The notes under the pieces are model-generated. The model saw only the letters and a list, made by a program, of their open reading frames with translations, had not been told where the DNA came from and ran no database searches. From Thermoplasmatota archaeon (GTDB taxonomy: Archaea > Thermoplasmatota > Thermoplasmata > UBA10834), in NCBI GenBank assembly GCA_040751795.1, contig JBFMHR010000001.1, positions 224,001-288,000 of the forward strand: 64,000 bases of DNA, read 5' to 3'. Of this stretch, positions 47,033-56,667 are shown piece by piece. How positions within the stretch are numbered: the first letter of the stretch is position 1; every line of letters starts with the position of its first letter. A program made the translations under genes and the position numbers.

Positions 47033-48109
47033 TCACAGGAGGAGCCGCCTGCACCTTATTGCCCTGTCGAGCCCGCGCCTGCCCAGCATGAACATCGCCG
47101 CGCCCAGGAGCCTGTCGCTCCCGAAGACCATGTCGGCCATCCTCCTCGTGCGCACAGATGTCCGCAGAGGGGTCTCCATCACCTTCCTCCAGTGCGTCTC
47201 GTACTCCTCCAGCCTGCACGAACCTGACAGGTGCTCCCTGATGGTCCTCCCCGCCGCCCTCCCGGCGATCATGGCCGTGGGGATGCCGCCGCCGTTCGTG
47301 GCCATCACGTGGCCCGCGGCGTCCCCCACGAGGAGGACTTTCCCCTTCACGGTGGACGGGACCGGGCCGGACATGGGGACGATGCCCATGGTCACTCCCT
47401 CGCAGGTGCAGTCCAGGCCCGAGACGAACCGGTCGAACGCCTCCCTCGGCCGGCCCTTGAAGACCTTCGGGTCGAACCCCAGGCCCACGTTGGCGCTCTC
47501 CCCCTTGGGTATGACCCATGCATAGCCGCCGGGGGCGACCCTCCCGAAGAACATCTTGACCTGCGGGTCGAACGACCCCCTGGCCTGGCACGTGACGGCG
47601 GGATACCTGAGGGCGGGGTTCGCGAGGCCGGCGGACCGCGCGGTCCTCGAGTTGGGACCGTCCGCGCCGACGACGACCTTGGCGCTGACCGGGCCGAGGG
47701 TCGTCTCCGCCACCCCCTCCTTCATCCCGAGGAACGAAACGCCCGTCTCAAGCCTCGCCCCGGCCGCGACGGCCAGCTTCGCGAGGTGCTTGTCGAAGGC
47801 CCTCCGGTCGAGTATGTGGGACCTGAAGTCGCAGCGGTAGGTCCTCCCTCCGGGGGAGACGAGGTCCACGTGCTCGCTCTCGCCGTGGACGAGGTGGTCC
47901 GGGACGGTGAAGAGCTCCTCGAGATGCTCGCCCTCCGGGAAGATCGTGTACATCTCCTCGACGTGGGGGAGCAGCTCGCCGCACTGCACGGGGAAGCCGA
48001 CCTCCCTCCGCCTGTCTATGACGAGCACGTCGGTGCCGTCGCCCGCGCAGAACCTCGCCGTGGTGCTACCAGCAGGGCCGGCCCCGACTACGAGGACGTC
48101 GACTTCCAA
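47033..48109 (-). CDS. Geranylgeranyl reductase family flavoprotein
   Basis: DVLVVGAGPAGS, PVQCGE, GADGPNS, APGGYAWVIPK, LVGDAAG, GGGI. Confidence 0.92.
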   Translation of the reverse strand: MEVDVLVVGAGPAGSTTARFCAGDGTDVLVIDRRREVGFPVQCGELLPHVEEMYTIFPEGEHLEELFTVPDHLVHGESEHVDLVSPGGRTYRCDFRSHILDRRAFDKHLAKLAVAAGARLETGVSFLGMKEGVAETTLGPVSAKVVVGADGPNSRTARSAGLANPALRYPAVTCQARGSFDPQVKMFFGRVAPGGYAWVIPKGESANVGLGFDPKVFKGRPREAFDRFVSGLDCTCEGVTMGIVPMSGPVPSTVKGKVLLVGDAAGHVMATNGGGIPTAMIAGRAAGRTIREHLSGSCRLEEYETHWRKVMETPLRTSVRTRRMADMVFGSDRLLGAAMFMLGRRGLDRAIRCRRLLL

Positions 48110-48819
48110 GGCCTGCTCCCCCTGGTCATCGTCGCGCCCTTCATCCTGAGGAACTCGGTCCCGACCTCCTCGAAGCCCTTCCTCCTGAGCAGCTCCTCGT
48201 ACACCGTCGTGAAGCCGAAGGCCTCGTAGGTGTCGGCGAAGGTCCTGTACGGGTCCCGCTCCAGGCGGTGGTACGCAGCGGGCGATGCGGCGACGCGCGC
48301 GAGCCTGGGCACGACGTGCCTGACGTGCATGTCCAGGAGCTTCGCCCACGGTCCGGGGGGCGGCTTCGCTATGTCCACGATGAACGCCTGTCCCCCGTCC
48401 TTCAGCACCCTCAGCATCTCGGACACGCCCGCTGGCTTGTCCAGGAAGTCCCTGAAGGAGAAGACGCAGAACACCTTGTCGACGGAGCGGTCGGCCAGGG
48501 GTATCCTCTCGCCCAGCCCCTGGAGGAGGGTGACCCTGTCCCCGTCGATGACGTCCTTGGAGAACTCGGCCAGCTGCCTCGAGGGCTCGAGGCAGTAGAT
48601 GTGCTTCGACGCGAGCCTCCTGGCGAAGGAGCCAGGGCCCGAGCCGATCTCGAGCACGACGTCGTCAGGGCCTGCCTTCGCCGCGGCCTCCGCGCGCCAC
48701 CTGTCCACCATGCCGAACGTGATGAGCGAGTTGACCCTGTCGTAGTCGGGGGCGAGCTCCTCGATCGCCCCGACGACCTCCGACCATCTCCTGCCAGACA
48801 TGCCGTTGGGATCCATCAT
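48088..48819 (-). CDS. UbiE/MenG-like SAM-dependent methyltransferase
   Basis: APDYDRVNSLITFGMVDRWR (UbiE N-terminal pattern), LEIGSGPG, EMLRVLKDGG. Confidence 0.82.
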   Translation of the reverse strand: MMDPNGMSGRRWSEVVGAIEELAPDYDRVNSLITFGMVDRWRAEAAAKAGPDDVVLEIGSGPGSFARRLASKHIYCLEPSRQLAEFSKDVIDGDRVTLLQGLGERIPLADRSVDKVFCVFSFRDFLDKPAGVSEMLRVLKDGGQAFIVDIAKPPPGPWAKLLDMHVRHVVPRLARVAASPAAYHRLERDPYRTFADTYEAFGFTTVYEELLRRKGFEEVGTEFLRMKGATMTRGSRPWKSTSS

Positions 48820-48828
48820 GCACACCGC

Positions 48829-49800
48829 CTAGGAGTCCCTGTTGAGGACCTTCCCGACCAGCTCCCTCAGCGACCTGCTGTAGACCGTGTCGGGCAGCGA
48901 GCCTATGTGCTGGAGGGCCTCGAGGGCGTAGTACTCGCCCATGCCCTTCGCCTTCTCGACGGCGCCGGAGCCGATCACCATGGAGACGCACCTCCGGAGC
49001 TCGTCGGCCGATGGGCTCTCCTCCCTGACGACCCTGAGGACCTCCTTCCTGACATCCTCCGAGCCCTTCATCGCCAGGAGGGACGGCAGGGTGAGGTAGC
49101 CCTCCTTGATGTCCATGCCCGTCGGCTTGCCGGTCCTCCTCTCGTCCCCGACGAAGTCCAGCACGTCGTCTATGATCTGGAATGCGATGCCGAGGTTCAT
49201 CCCGTAGGCCCCCAGCTCCGACACGAGCTCCGGGGCGCCGTGGGCGAGGTAGGCGCCTATCATCGCGCCCGCGCGTATCGGCTCGGCCGTCTTCCTCTCC
49301 ATGACCTTGATGTAGGTGTCGACCGTCATCTCGTTCGTGTGCCTGTACCTGTTCTGGAGGACCTCGCCCTCGGCGAGCCTCGCGCAGGCGTCGGCCGTGG
49401 TCTGCACGACCATCTTGTCGAACTTGCCGCCCAGCGAGAACGCCTTCACGAACAGGAAGTCCCCGGTCACGATCGCGCTGTGGAGGCCGTACTTCTTGTA
49501 GACGGTCTCCCTGCCCCTCCGCGCGAGCCCCCCGTCGTTGATGTCGTCGTGGATCAGGGTGGCGGAGTGGATGAGCTCGAAGGCGGCGGCGACATCGACT
49601 ATCTTCTCGGTGTCCTCACCCCCGAGGGCCTTGTAGGAGAGGAGGGTCACCGTCGGCCTCATCCTCTTGCCCCCGGCCTCGATGACGTGGAGGGAGGCGT
49701 CGGTGAGCGTCCGCTCCTCCGAGGCGACCATCTCCCGGAGCTTCTCGTCGACCATCTTGAGCTCCCTGTTGACGCCAAAATCCCATGGGGCGGTGGTCAT
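48829..49800 (-). CDS. Polyprenyl diphosphate synthase (probably long-chain)
   Basis: GGKRMRP, FARM IHSATLIHDDIND (small Ala five residues before it), KTA, SARM FQIIDDVLD. Confidence 0.93.
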   Translation of the reverse strand: MTTAPWDFGVNRELKMVDEKLREMVASEERTLTDASLHVIEAGGKRMRPTVTLLSYKALGGEDTEKIVDVAAAFELIHSATLIHDDINDGGLARRGRETVYKKYGLHSAIVTGDFLFVKAFSLGGKFDKMVVQTTADACARLAEGEVLQNRYRHTNEMTVDTYIKVMERKTAEPIRAGAMIGAYLAHGAPELVSELGAYGMNLGIAFQIIDDVLDFVGDERRTGKPTGMDIKEGYLTLPSLLAMKGSEDVRKEVLRVVREESPSADELRRCVSMVIGSGAVEKAKGMGEYYALEALQHIGSLPDTVYSRSLRELVGKVLNRDS

Positions 49801-49949
49801 CGAATCTCGCATATAACCCAATCGCTACTTAACTCTGATGGTTGCTGGCTCGAAACGCGGCGACGGCCAGCATCGCCGGCGGGAGTCCCTCCGGGGGCCC
49901 CCGCGGGTGCGCATGGTTTATATGCACCCTCCCGCAGTGGAGGGGCGGT

Positions 49950-50879
49950 ATGATGACCGAGGAGAGGCCTCCGAAACTCAAGATATGGTTGGCCGAGCTC
50001 AGGGCGCCGTTCTTCACGGCGTCGCTCGTGCCCGTGCTGCTCGGCGCTGCGTTCGCGTACGAGGCCGAAGGCGTTTTCGATCCGCTGCTGTTCGTGCTCA
50101 CCCTCGCCGGGGTGGTGTTCGCGCACGCGGGCACCAACGTCGTGAACGACTATTTCGATTTCAAGAGCGGGACGGACATGGCGAACAAGAACAGGACGCC
50201 CTTCAACGGCGGGAGCCCGTTCCTGATAACGGGGCTGCTCACCCCGAAGGAGGTCTACTGGGGCGCCATGACGTTCTTCGCCCTCTGCGCCGCCATCGGC
50301 TTCTACCTGTCGTACGCCGTCACTTACTGGATAGTCCCGCTGGGCCTCATCGGCATCGGGCTCGGGTACTTCTACACCTCGCCGAGGCTGAACCTCGCGG
50401 CCCTGGGGGTCGGGGAGTTCGCGGTGGGGCTCGGGTTCGGACCGCTCGTGGTAGCCGGCGCATACATGGTCCAGACCGGGGACCTGAGCGCCGCGGCGCT
50501 CCTGGCCGGCCTGCCCGTCGCGTTCCTCATCGGCCTCGTCCTCTTCATCAACCAGTTCCCTGACATGGAGGCCGACGGGAGCGTCGGCAAGAACCACTGG
50601 GTGGTGAGGATGGGGCTCAGGAAGGCCTCGTACTGGTACGCGGGGCTGGTGGCCGCCACCTTCGTCACCGTGGCCGCCCTCTGGGCGGCCGGGGTGTACC
50701 CGGCGTGGTCCCTCGTCGCCCTCGCCCCGGCCGTCATTGGGGTCAAGGCGATCCGTACCGTGCTCGGGAAGTACGCGAGCTTCAGGGAGCTCGTCCCGGC
50801 CCAGGCGATGACGGTCCAGATGCACCTCACGGTGGGGCTCCTGATATCGGCGGGGCTCGTGGCCGCGGGGCTCCTCTGA
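49950..50879 (+). CDS. menA: 1,4-dihydroxy-2-naphthoate prenyltransferase (UbiA family)
   Basis: WLAELRAPFFTASLVPVLLG, NVVNDYFDFKSGTD, FYTSP..L...GVGE, NQFPDMEADGSVGK; multiple TM helices. Confidence 0.85.
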   Translation: MMTEERPPKLKIWLAELRAPFFTASLVPVLLGAAFAYEAEGVFDPLLFVLTLAGVVFAHAGTNVVNDYFDFKSGTDMANKNRTPFNGGSPFLITGLLTPKEVYWGAMTFFALCAAIGFYLSYAVTYWIVPLGLIGIGLGYFYTSPRLNLAALGVGEFAVGLGFGPLVVAGAYMVQTGDLSAAALLAGLPVAFLIGLVLFINQFPDMEADGSVGKNHWVVRMGLRKASYWYAGLVAATFVTVAALWAAGVYPAWSLVALAPAVIGVKAIRTVLGKYASFRELVPAQAMTVQMHLTVGLLISAGLVAAGLL

Positions 50880-50882
50880 TCC

Positions 50883-52370
50883 TCAGATGCCCGAGGGCAG
50901 GCCCGCGAACGCCTCGGCCGCCCTCACGCAGAGGTCGACCGTCGCGTCGAAGAACAGGCCGAGGAATATCGTCATGAAGAGCGCGACGGCTATCGCGGCC
51001 GTCGTCCACCGCGGCGCCCTGACCCTCTCCCCGCTCCCCTGGTCCATGTACATGCACTTGATGACGCGAGCGTAATAGTAGAGCGAGAGGGCGCTGTTCA
51101 GGACTCCAGCCACCGCGAGCCATATGAGCCAGCTCGGCCCGGGGTCCATTGACCCGTACACCGCGGATGAGAACAGGACGAACTTGCTGGCGAAGCCCGC
51201 GAGGGGCGGGATCCCAGCGAGGGACAGCAGGAACAGCGTCATGGATATGGCGAGGAACGGGGAGCGCCTCGCGAGGCCCTTGAAGTCTTCGAGCCTCTCG
51301 CCCACCGCCGCGGCGCCCATGCCCGCGACGACCATGAACGCGCCGGACTTCATGAAGGCGTGGGTCATCACGTGGAACAGGGCACCCGCGACCGCGTACT
51401 GCGTGCCCACGGGGAGCGCTATGAGGATGTACCCCGCCTGGGCGACGGACGAGTAGGCGAGCATCCTCTTGATGTTGGTCTGGGAGACCGCTATGAGGTT
51501 GCCCACGGTCATGGTCACTATCGCGAGGAGCGCTATGGCCGCCTCCCAGTCCGTCTTGGTGACCATGAGGCCGACCAGGAAGACCTTGATGAACGCGGCG
51601 AAGCCCATCTTCTTCGACGCCGCGGCCAGGAGGCCGGACACCGGCGTCGGGGCGCCCTCGTACACGTCCGGCGCCCACATGTGGAACGGGACGGCGGCCA
51701 CCTTGAATCCGAGGCCCGCGATGATCAGCACCGTCGCCAGCGCCGCGACGGAGTCGGAGCCCTCGAACGAGGAGAACATGCCCTCCATCGCCGGGCCCAT
51801 GGCCGATATGCTCGTCGTGCCCGACACCCCGTAGAACAGGGATATGGCGAAGAGCGTGAGGGCGGACGAGAACCCGCCGACTATGAAGTACTTGGTCGCC
51901 GCCTCGGAGGACCGCTTCTCCCTCTTCCTGAACCCGGAGAGGGCGAAGGACGAGATCCCCGCGATCTCCAGCCCGACGAACATCACGAAGAGGTCCGCGG
52001 CCTCGGCCACCAGGGTCATGCCCGTGACGGCCAGGAGTATGAGGGCGTAGTACTCGCCCTGGTTCCTGTCACCGCGGACGAAGTCCGCCGATGTGAGCAC
52101 CACTATGACGCCCACCGAGAGGAACACGAGGGTGAACAGCCCCGAGAAGAGGTCGATCTCCACGAGCGGGACGCTGCTCGCGGGCGGGGTCCACGCGTCG
52201 AAGAACATCCACGCCACGACGGCCGCTGCCACGCCCACCAGGGGCATCAGCGCCGCCGCCGCGACGAGCCGCTTGTCCCTGAACAGGTAGTCCAGGGCCG
52301 GCACGATCAGCGCGAACAGCACCAGCACGAGCTGCAGCATGAAGGGCTCGAGCATGCTCAGGACGGTCAA
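50883..52370 (-). CDS. nuoN: Complex I-like subunit N
   Basis: EAATKYF, GFKVAAVPFHMWAPDVYEGAPTP, KRMLAYSS, GIPPLAGF. Confidence 0.95.
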   Translation of the reverse strand: MTVLSMLEPFMLQLVLVLFALIVPALDYLFRDKRLVAAAALMPLVGVAAAVVAWMFFDAWTPPASSVPLVEIDLFSGLFTLVFLSVGVIVVLTSADFVRGDRNQGEYYALILLAVTGMTLVAEAADLFVMFVGLEIAGISSFALSGFRKREKRSSEAATKYFIVGGFSSALTLFAISLFYGVSGTTSISAMGPAMEGMFSSFEGSDSVAALATVLIIAGLGFKVAAVPFHMWAPDVYEGAPTPVSGLLAAASKKMGFAAFIKVFLVGLMVTKTDWEAAIALLAIVTMTVGNLIAVSQTNIKRMLAYSSVAQAGYILIALPVGTQYAVAGALFHVMTHAFMKSGAFMVVAGMGAAAVGERLEDFKGLARRSPFLAISMTLFLLSLAGIPPLAGFASKFVLFSSAVYGSMDPGPSWLIWLAVAGVLNSALSLYYYARVIKCMYMDQGSGERVRAPRWTTAAIAVALFMTIFLGLFFDATVDLCVRAAEAFAGLPSGI

Positions 52371-52371
52371 C

Positions 52372-53877
52372 TCATCCACCTCCGAAGAGCCTGAGGACAA
52401 TCTCCACGGCCGAGTCTATCCTGGAGAACACGAGGCCGGGGAACACCCCGAAGACGGCTATCAGCGCCACGAGCACCCCGACGGGCACGTACTCGTACCA
52501 GTCCATGTCCTTCAGGTGGGACGTGTCTATCTTCTCCGTCATCGGGCCGAACACGGACCTCTGCAAGGCCCACAGGTAATAGGCGGCGGTTATCGCGACC
52601 GCGGATATCGGCACCAGCACCCACAGGGCCCACTTGTCGAAGGTGGCGTAGAGGACCATGAACTCGGCGGCGAAGCTCACCAGGCCCGGCAGGCCCAGCG
52701 AAGCGAGGAACCCCACCGTCATGAGCGTGGCTGCGATCGGGATGCGCTTCGCGAGCCCTCCCAGGAGCGGGATCATCCTCGTGCCGCACTTGTGCTGCAC
52801 GACGCCGCACATCATGAAGAGGACCGCGGTGACGAGGCCGTGGGCGAACATCTGGAAGACGCCGGCGACCACGCCGACCTCGCTCAGGGTCGCGTAGCCC
52901 AGGAGCACGAAGCCCATGTGGCTTATCGAGGAGTAGGCGACCATCTTCTTGAGGTCCTTCTGGGCGAGGCAGACCATGGCGCCGTAGACTATGCTTATGA
53001 CGCCCATCACGGCCATGAGTACCGAGAGGTCGCTCGCCCCCTCGGGCAGCGACGGGATCGCGACGCGGATTATGCCGTACCCGCCCATCTTCAGCAGGAG
53101 GCCCGCCAGGAGGACCGAGCCCGCGGTCGGGGCCTCCACGTGCGCGTCGGGCAGCCACGTGTGGAAGGGCACCATGGGCAGCTTGACCCCGAAGCCGAAG
53201 AACATCGCGGCGAATATGCCCACCTGCATCGCCCTCGCGAACCCGACGCTCTCGGCGGCGATGGCCTCCATGCTGAAGGTCTGCAGCCCCGCCTCGAAGT
53301 ACATCGCCATTATGGCGATCAGCAGCGCCAGGCTCGCGACGTGGGTGTATATGAAGAACTTGATGGCGGCGTAGTCCTTCCTCGGGCCGCCCCATATGCC
53401 GATGAGGAAGTACATCGGTATGAGGACGACCTCCCAGAACACGTAGAACATGAAGTAGTCCAGGGAGACGAACACGCCCAGGACGCCCACCTCGAGGATG
53501 AGCATCAGGCCGAAGTACTCCTTCGGGCGCTTCTCGGTGTCCCAAGAGAACAGCACGGAGAGCATGCAGAGGAGCGTCGTGAGGACGAAGAGGGGGAGGC
53601 TGATGCCGTCGATGCCCACGATGTAGCTCACGCCGAGGGTCTCGATCCACTCGTACTCCTCGTAGAACTGGTAGCCGTTGTGGTAGCCCGTCGCCTCCGA
53701 CGTCGGGTCCGTTGCGAACTCGTAGGTCACCAGGAGGGAGAGCGCCAGGGCCGCCGCGGAGAACGCGAGGGCCACGACGCGCGCGTGCTTCCCGTGCCTG
53801 CCGAGCCCGAGCGTGACGAAAGCGCCGATGAGCGGCAGGACTATCACGAGGGACAGGACGGGAATTCCTTCGAGCAT
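52372..53877 (-). CDS. nuoM: Complex I-like subunit M
   Basis: GIDGIS, FYVFWE, KLPMVPFHTWLPDAHVEAPT, AYSSISHMG. Confidence 0.96.
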   Translation of the reverse strand: MLEGIPVLSLVIVLPLIGAFVTLGLGRHGKHARVVALAFSAAALALSLLVTYEFATDPTSEATGYHNGYQFYEEYEWIETLGVSYIVGIDGISLPLFVLTTLLCMLSVLFSWDTEKRPKEYFGLMLILEVGVLGVFVSLDYFMFYVFWEVVLIPMYFLIGIWGGPRKDYAAIKFFIYTHVASLALLIAIMAMYFEAGLQTFSMEAIAAESVGFARAMQVGIFAAMFFGFGVKLPMVPFHTWLPDAHVEAPTAGSVLLAGLLLKMGGYGIIRVAIPSLPEGASDLSVLMAVMGVISIVYGAMVCLAQKDLKKMVAYSSISHMGFVLLGYATLSEVGVVAGVFQMFAHGLVTAVLFMMCGVVQHKCGTRMIPLLGGLAKRIPIAATLMTVGFLASLGLPGLVSFAAEFMVLYATFDKWALWVLVPISAVAITAAYYLWALQRSVFGPMTEKIDTSHLKDMDWYEYVPVGVLVALIAVFGVFPGLVFSRIDSAVEIVLRLFGGG

Positions 53878-53881
53878 GTGC

Positions 53882-55843
53882 TCACCACCCTCCCCACGGT
53901 ATCACGTACAGAACGAGTATGAGCAGGAGGCATATCCCGACGACTATCAGGCCGGTGTAGCGCTGGACGTTGCCGTTCTGGAGCCTCCTGATGAGGTTCC
54001 CGGTGTTCCCGCCCAGGTAGGCGAAGCCGTTCACGATGCCGTCTATGACGTGCCTGTCGAACGCGTCCGCCACGAGCGACAGGGCGTACACGACCTTCAC
54101 CGCGAGGTCGTCGTAGAACTTGCTGATGTACCACCGGTTCTCGAGGGCCCTCTGCAGCCTCCCGTTGACGCCCTTCGCGAACACCGAGCGGTCGAATCCG
54201 GGCACGTAGTAGACCTTCCAAGCCAGGAGTATGCCGCCGACGGCCAGGGCGAGGGTCAGGTAGGTGAGCGGGTCCGTGAATATGCCGACCGCGAGGTCCG
54301 CGAGGCTCCCGTGCTCGGCCCCGTGCAGCAGGCCGTGTATCGAGCCGGCCATGAAGGACTCGAACCCCTCCCCTATGAAGAGTGCGAAGCCCGAGCCGAT
54401 CGCCAGGCCCGCGAGTATCATCAGCGGGACGGTCATGATCCGCGGGCTCTCGTGCGCGTGGTAGGCCGACCTCGGCTGGCCCGCGAAGGTCATGAACCAC
54501 ATCCTGAACATGTAGAACGCCGTGAGGAAGGCGGTGGCCATCCCCATGAGCCATAGCACGAAGAACACCGGGTCGAAGTCCCCGGCGTGCCAGACGGCCG
54601 CCAGCACCTCGTCCTTGCTCCAGAAGCCCGACAGAGGCGGCACCCCCGCTATCGCCAGGGAGCCGATCAGCATCGTGAGCGAGGTGACCTTCATCACCTT
54701 GCCCAGGCCGCCCATGAGCCGCATGTCGTTCGTGCCCACGGCGTGTATGACGCTGCCGCCGCAGAGGAACAGGAGGGCCTTGAAGAACGCGTGGTTCATC
54801 AGGTGGAACGTGGCCGCGGAATAGCCCGCGGCGGTGTCGGCGTGTATCACGAGGTAGCCGCCGGCGCCGAGGCCCAGGGTCATGTACCCGAGCTGGCTTA
54901 TGGTGCTGTACGCCAGGACGCGCTTGATGTCGTTCTGGGCCAGCGCTGCGGTCGCCGCCACCAGGGCGGTGATGCCGCCGATGCACGCGACGAAGACGAG
55001 GCTCTCGGGCGCCTGCACCAGGAGCGGGTAGGACCTGGCAGTGAGGTACACCCCCGCTTTGACCATCGTCGCGGCGTGGATGAGGGCCGACACCGTCGTC
55101 GGGCCCTCCATGGCGTCGGGGAGCCACTCGTGCAGCGGGAACTGGGCGCTCTTGCCTATCGCGCCGCCGAATATCAGCGCGGTCGAGAGGACCATCATGT
55201 CCGTTGGCACCGCCGACGTCCCGGTCCCGTGGAACAGCTCGGCGAAGTCGAGGCTGCCGACGTACTTGAACAGGATTATGATGCCCGCCATGAACATGAT
55301 GTCGCCCACGCGGGTCACTATGAAGGCCCTCTTGGCGGCGCTTGCGGCCGACGGCCTCTCGTACCAGAAGCCTATCAGCAGGTAGGAGCACAGGCCGACC
55401 AGCTCCCAGAATATGAACATCAGGAGGTAGTTGTCCGCTATGACGAGCCCGTACATCACCGATATGAAGAGGCAAATCTCGGCGTAGTACCGTCTCCTGG
55501 TCTCGCCCTCGCCGTGCATGTACCCGCCCGAGTAGAAGACCACCAGGGTGCCGACGATCGACACGACCACGAGCATGAGGGCCGACAGCTCGTCGATCCA
55601 TATCCCGAAGGTGAGGCTGAAGTCACCGACGACGAGCCACTCGAACCTCTGCGAGCCGTCCGTGAGGGTGTTGCCCATCAGCACGTCCCACACGACGAGG
55701 AACGACAGGCCCATTGCGCCGAGCGCGCCTCCGATGGCGTAGACCGCGCCGTCCTCCCACCACAGAGTGCGCTTGGGCATCAGCGCTATGAGCATGAACG
55801 CGACGAAGGGGAAGACCGGGATGAGCCATGCGTACTCGAGCAG
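53882..55843 (-). CDS. nuoL: Complex I-like subunit L
   Basis: WELVGLCSYLLIGFW, KSAQFPLHEWLPDAMEGPTTVSALIHAATMV, HAFFKALLFL. Frame extends upstream to CTG 55843 (LLEYAWLIPVFP). Confidence 0.96.
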   Translation of the reverse strand: MLEYAWLIPVFPFVAFMLIALMPKRTLWWEDGAVYAIGGALGAMGLSFLVVWDVLMGNTLTDGSQRFEWLVVGDFSLTFGIWIDELSALMLVVVSIVGTLVVFYSGGYMHGEGETRRRYYAEICLFISVMYGLVIADNYLLMFIFWELVGLCSYLLIGFWYERPSAASAAKRAFIVTRVGDIMFMAGIIILFKYVGSLDFAELFHGTGTSAVPTDMMVLSTALIFGGAIGKSAQFPLHEWLPDAMEGPTTVSALIHAATMVKAGVYLTARSYPLLVQAPESLVFVACIGGITALVAATAALAQNDIKRVLAYSTISQLGYMTLGLGAGGYLVIHADTAAGYSAATFHLMNHAFFKALLFLCGGSVIHAVGTNDMRLMGGLGKVMKVTSLTMLIGSLAIAGVPPLSGFWSKDEVLAAVWHAGDFDPVFFVLWLMGMATAFLTAFYMFRMWFMTFAGQPRSAYHAHESPRIMTVPLMILAGLAIGSGFALFIGEGFESFMAGSIHGLLHGAEHGSLADLAVGIFTDPLTYLTLALAVGGILLAWKVYYVPGFDRSVFAKGVNGRLQRALENRWYISKFYDDLAVKVVYALSLVADAFDRHVIDGIVNGFAYLGGNTGNLIRRLQNGNVQRYTGLIVVGICLLLILVLYVIPWGGW

Positions 55844-55844
55844 C

Positions 55845-56165
55845 CTACCACCTCAGTATGTTGATCTTGTCGACGTCCACCGTCTGGTACCGCCTGTACA
55901 CGGACAGTATGATCGCCAGCCCGACCGCGACCTCCGCCGCCGCGATCGCTATCGAGAACAGCGCGAACGCCTGCCCCGACGGGTCCACCGAGATGTGCAG
56001 CGTGGAGTGGTACGAGCTGAACATCACCAGGTTGACGTTCGCCGCGTTGAGCATGATCTCGATGCACATCAGCACGACGATGGCGTTCCTGCGGGTGAGG
56101 ACGCCGTACGCCCCGACCACGAAGAGGAGGGAGCTGAACACCAGCCAGTACTCGATCGGTATCAT
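55845..56165 (-). CDS. nuoK: Complex I-like subunit K
   Basis: RRNAIVVLMCIEIMLNA, IAAAEVAVGLAI. Confidence 0.95.
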   Translation of the reverse strand: MIPIEYWLVFSSLLFVVGAYGVLTRRNAIVVLMCIEIMLNAANVNLVMFSSYHSTLHISVDPSGQAFALFSIAIAAAEVAVGLAIILSVYRRYQTVDVDKINILRW

Positions 56166-56407
56166 TCCCTCTCCTCCTTTGCGAGGAACACCCCGCCGAG
56201 TATGGCGACGAGCAGGAGCAGGCCTATCATGAACACGACGAGCGAGTACCCGGAGGTCCACTCGTCGCCCAGCATTGCCCTGGAGACGTCGTCGTTGGAT
56301 ATCGCGTCCATGTCCCCGTCAGGCCAGTCGACGCCCGTGACCACCAGGACGAGCAGCAGCGCCAGGAGAACCAGGGAGGCCCCCTTGAGCAACCCCCCGC
56401 GCCTCAT
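56162..56407 (-). CDS. nuoJ: Complex I-like subunit J, C-terminal half (FpoJ2-like)
   Basis: LLLLVAILGGVFLAKEE; positioned between J1 and K. Confidence 0.8.
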   Translation of the reverse strand: MRRGGLLKGASLVLLALLLVLVVTGVDWPDGDMDAISNDDVSRAMLGDEWTSGYSLVVFMIGLLLLVAILGGVFLAKEERE

Positions 56408-56667
56408 CTGCCCTCACTCTCCATGATCTCGCGCTTGGTGAGCATGATGCCGAAGAGGATGACCACGACCACGGCCCCGACGTACACCAGTATCTGCACT
56501 ATGGCCACGAACTCCGCGTTGAGCATTATGTACAGGCACGCGACGGAGACGAAGCATGTCGCGAGGGCTATCACGCTGTGCATTATCTCCCGCGCGCGCA
56601 CCACCATCAGCGCGGACACGAGCGCGCCCGCGGCGAGCATCAGGAACACTACGAGCTCCCAGGTCAC
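56404..56667 (-). CDS. nuoJ: Complex I-like subunit J, N-terminal half (FpoJ1-like)
   Basis: LNAEFVAIVQILVYVGAVVVVILFGIML. Confidence 0.9.
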   Translation of the reverse strand: MTWELVVFLMLAAGALVSALMVVRAREIMHSVIALATCFVSVACLYIMLNAEFVAIVQILVYVGAVVVVILFGIMLTKREIMESEGR

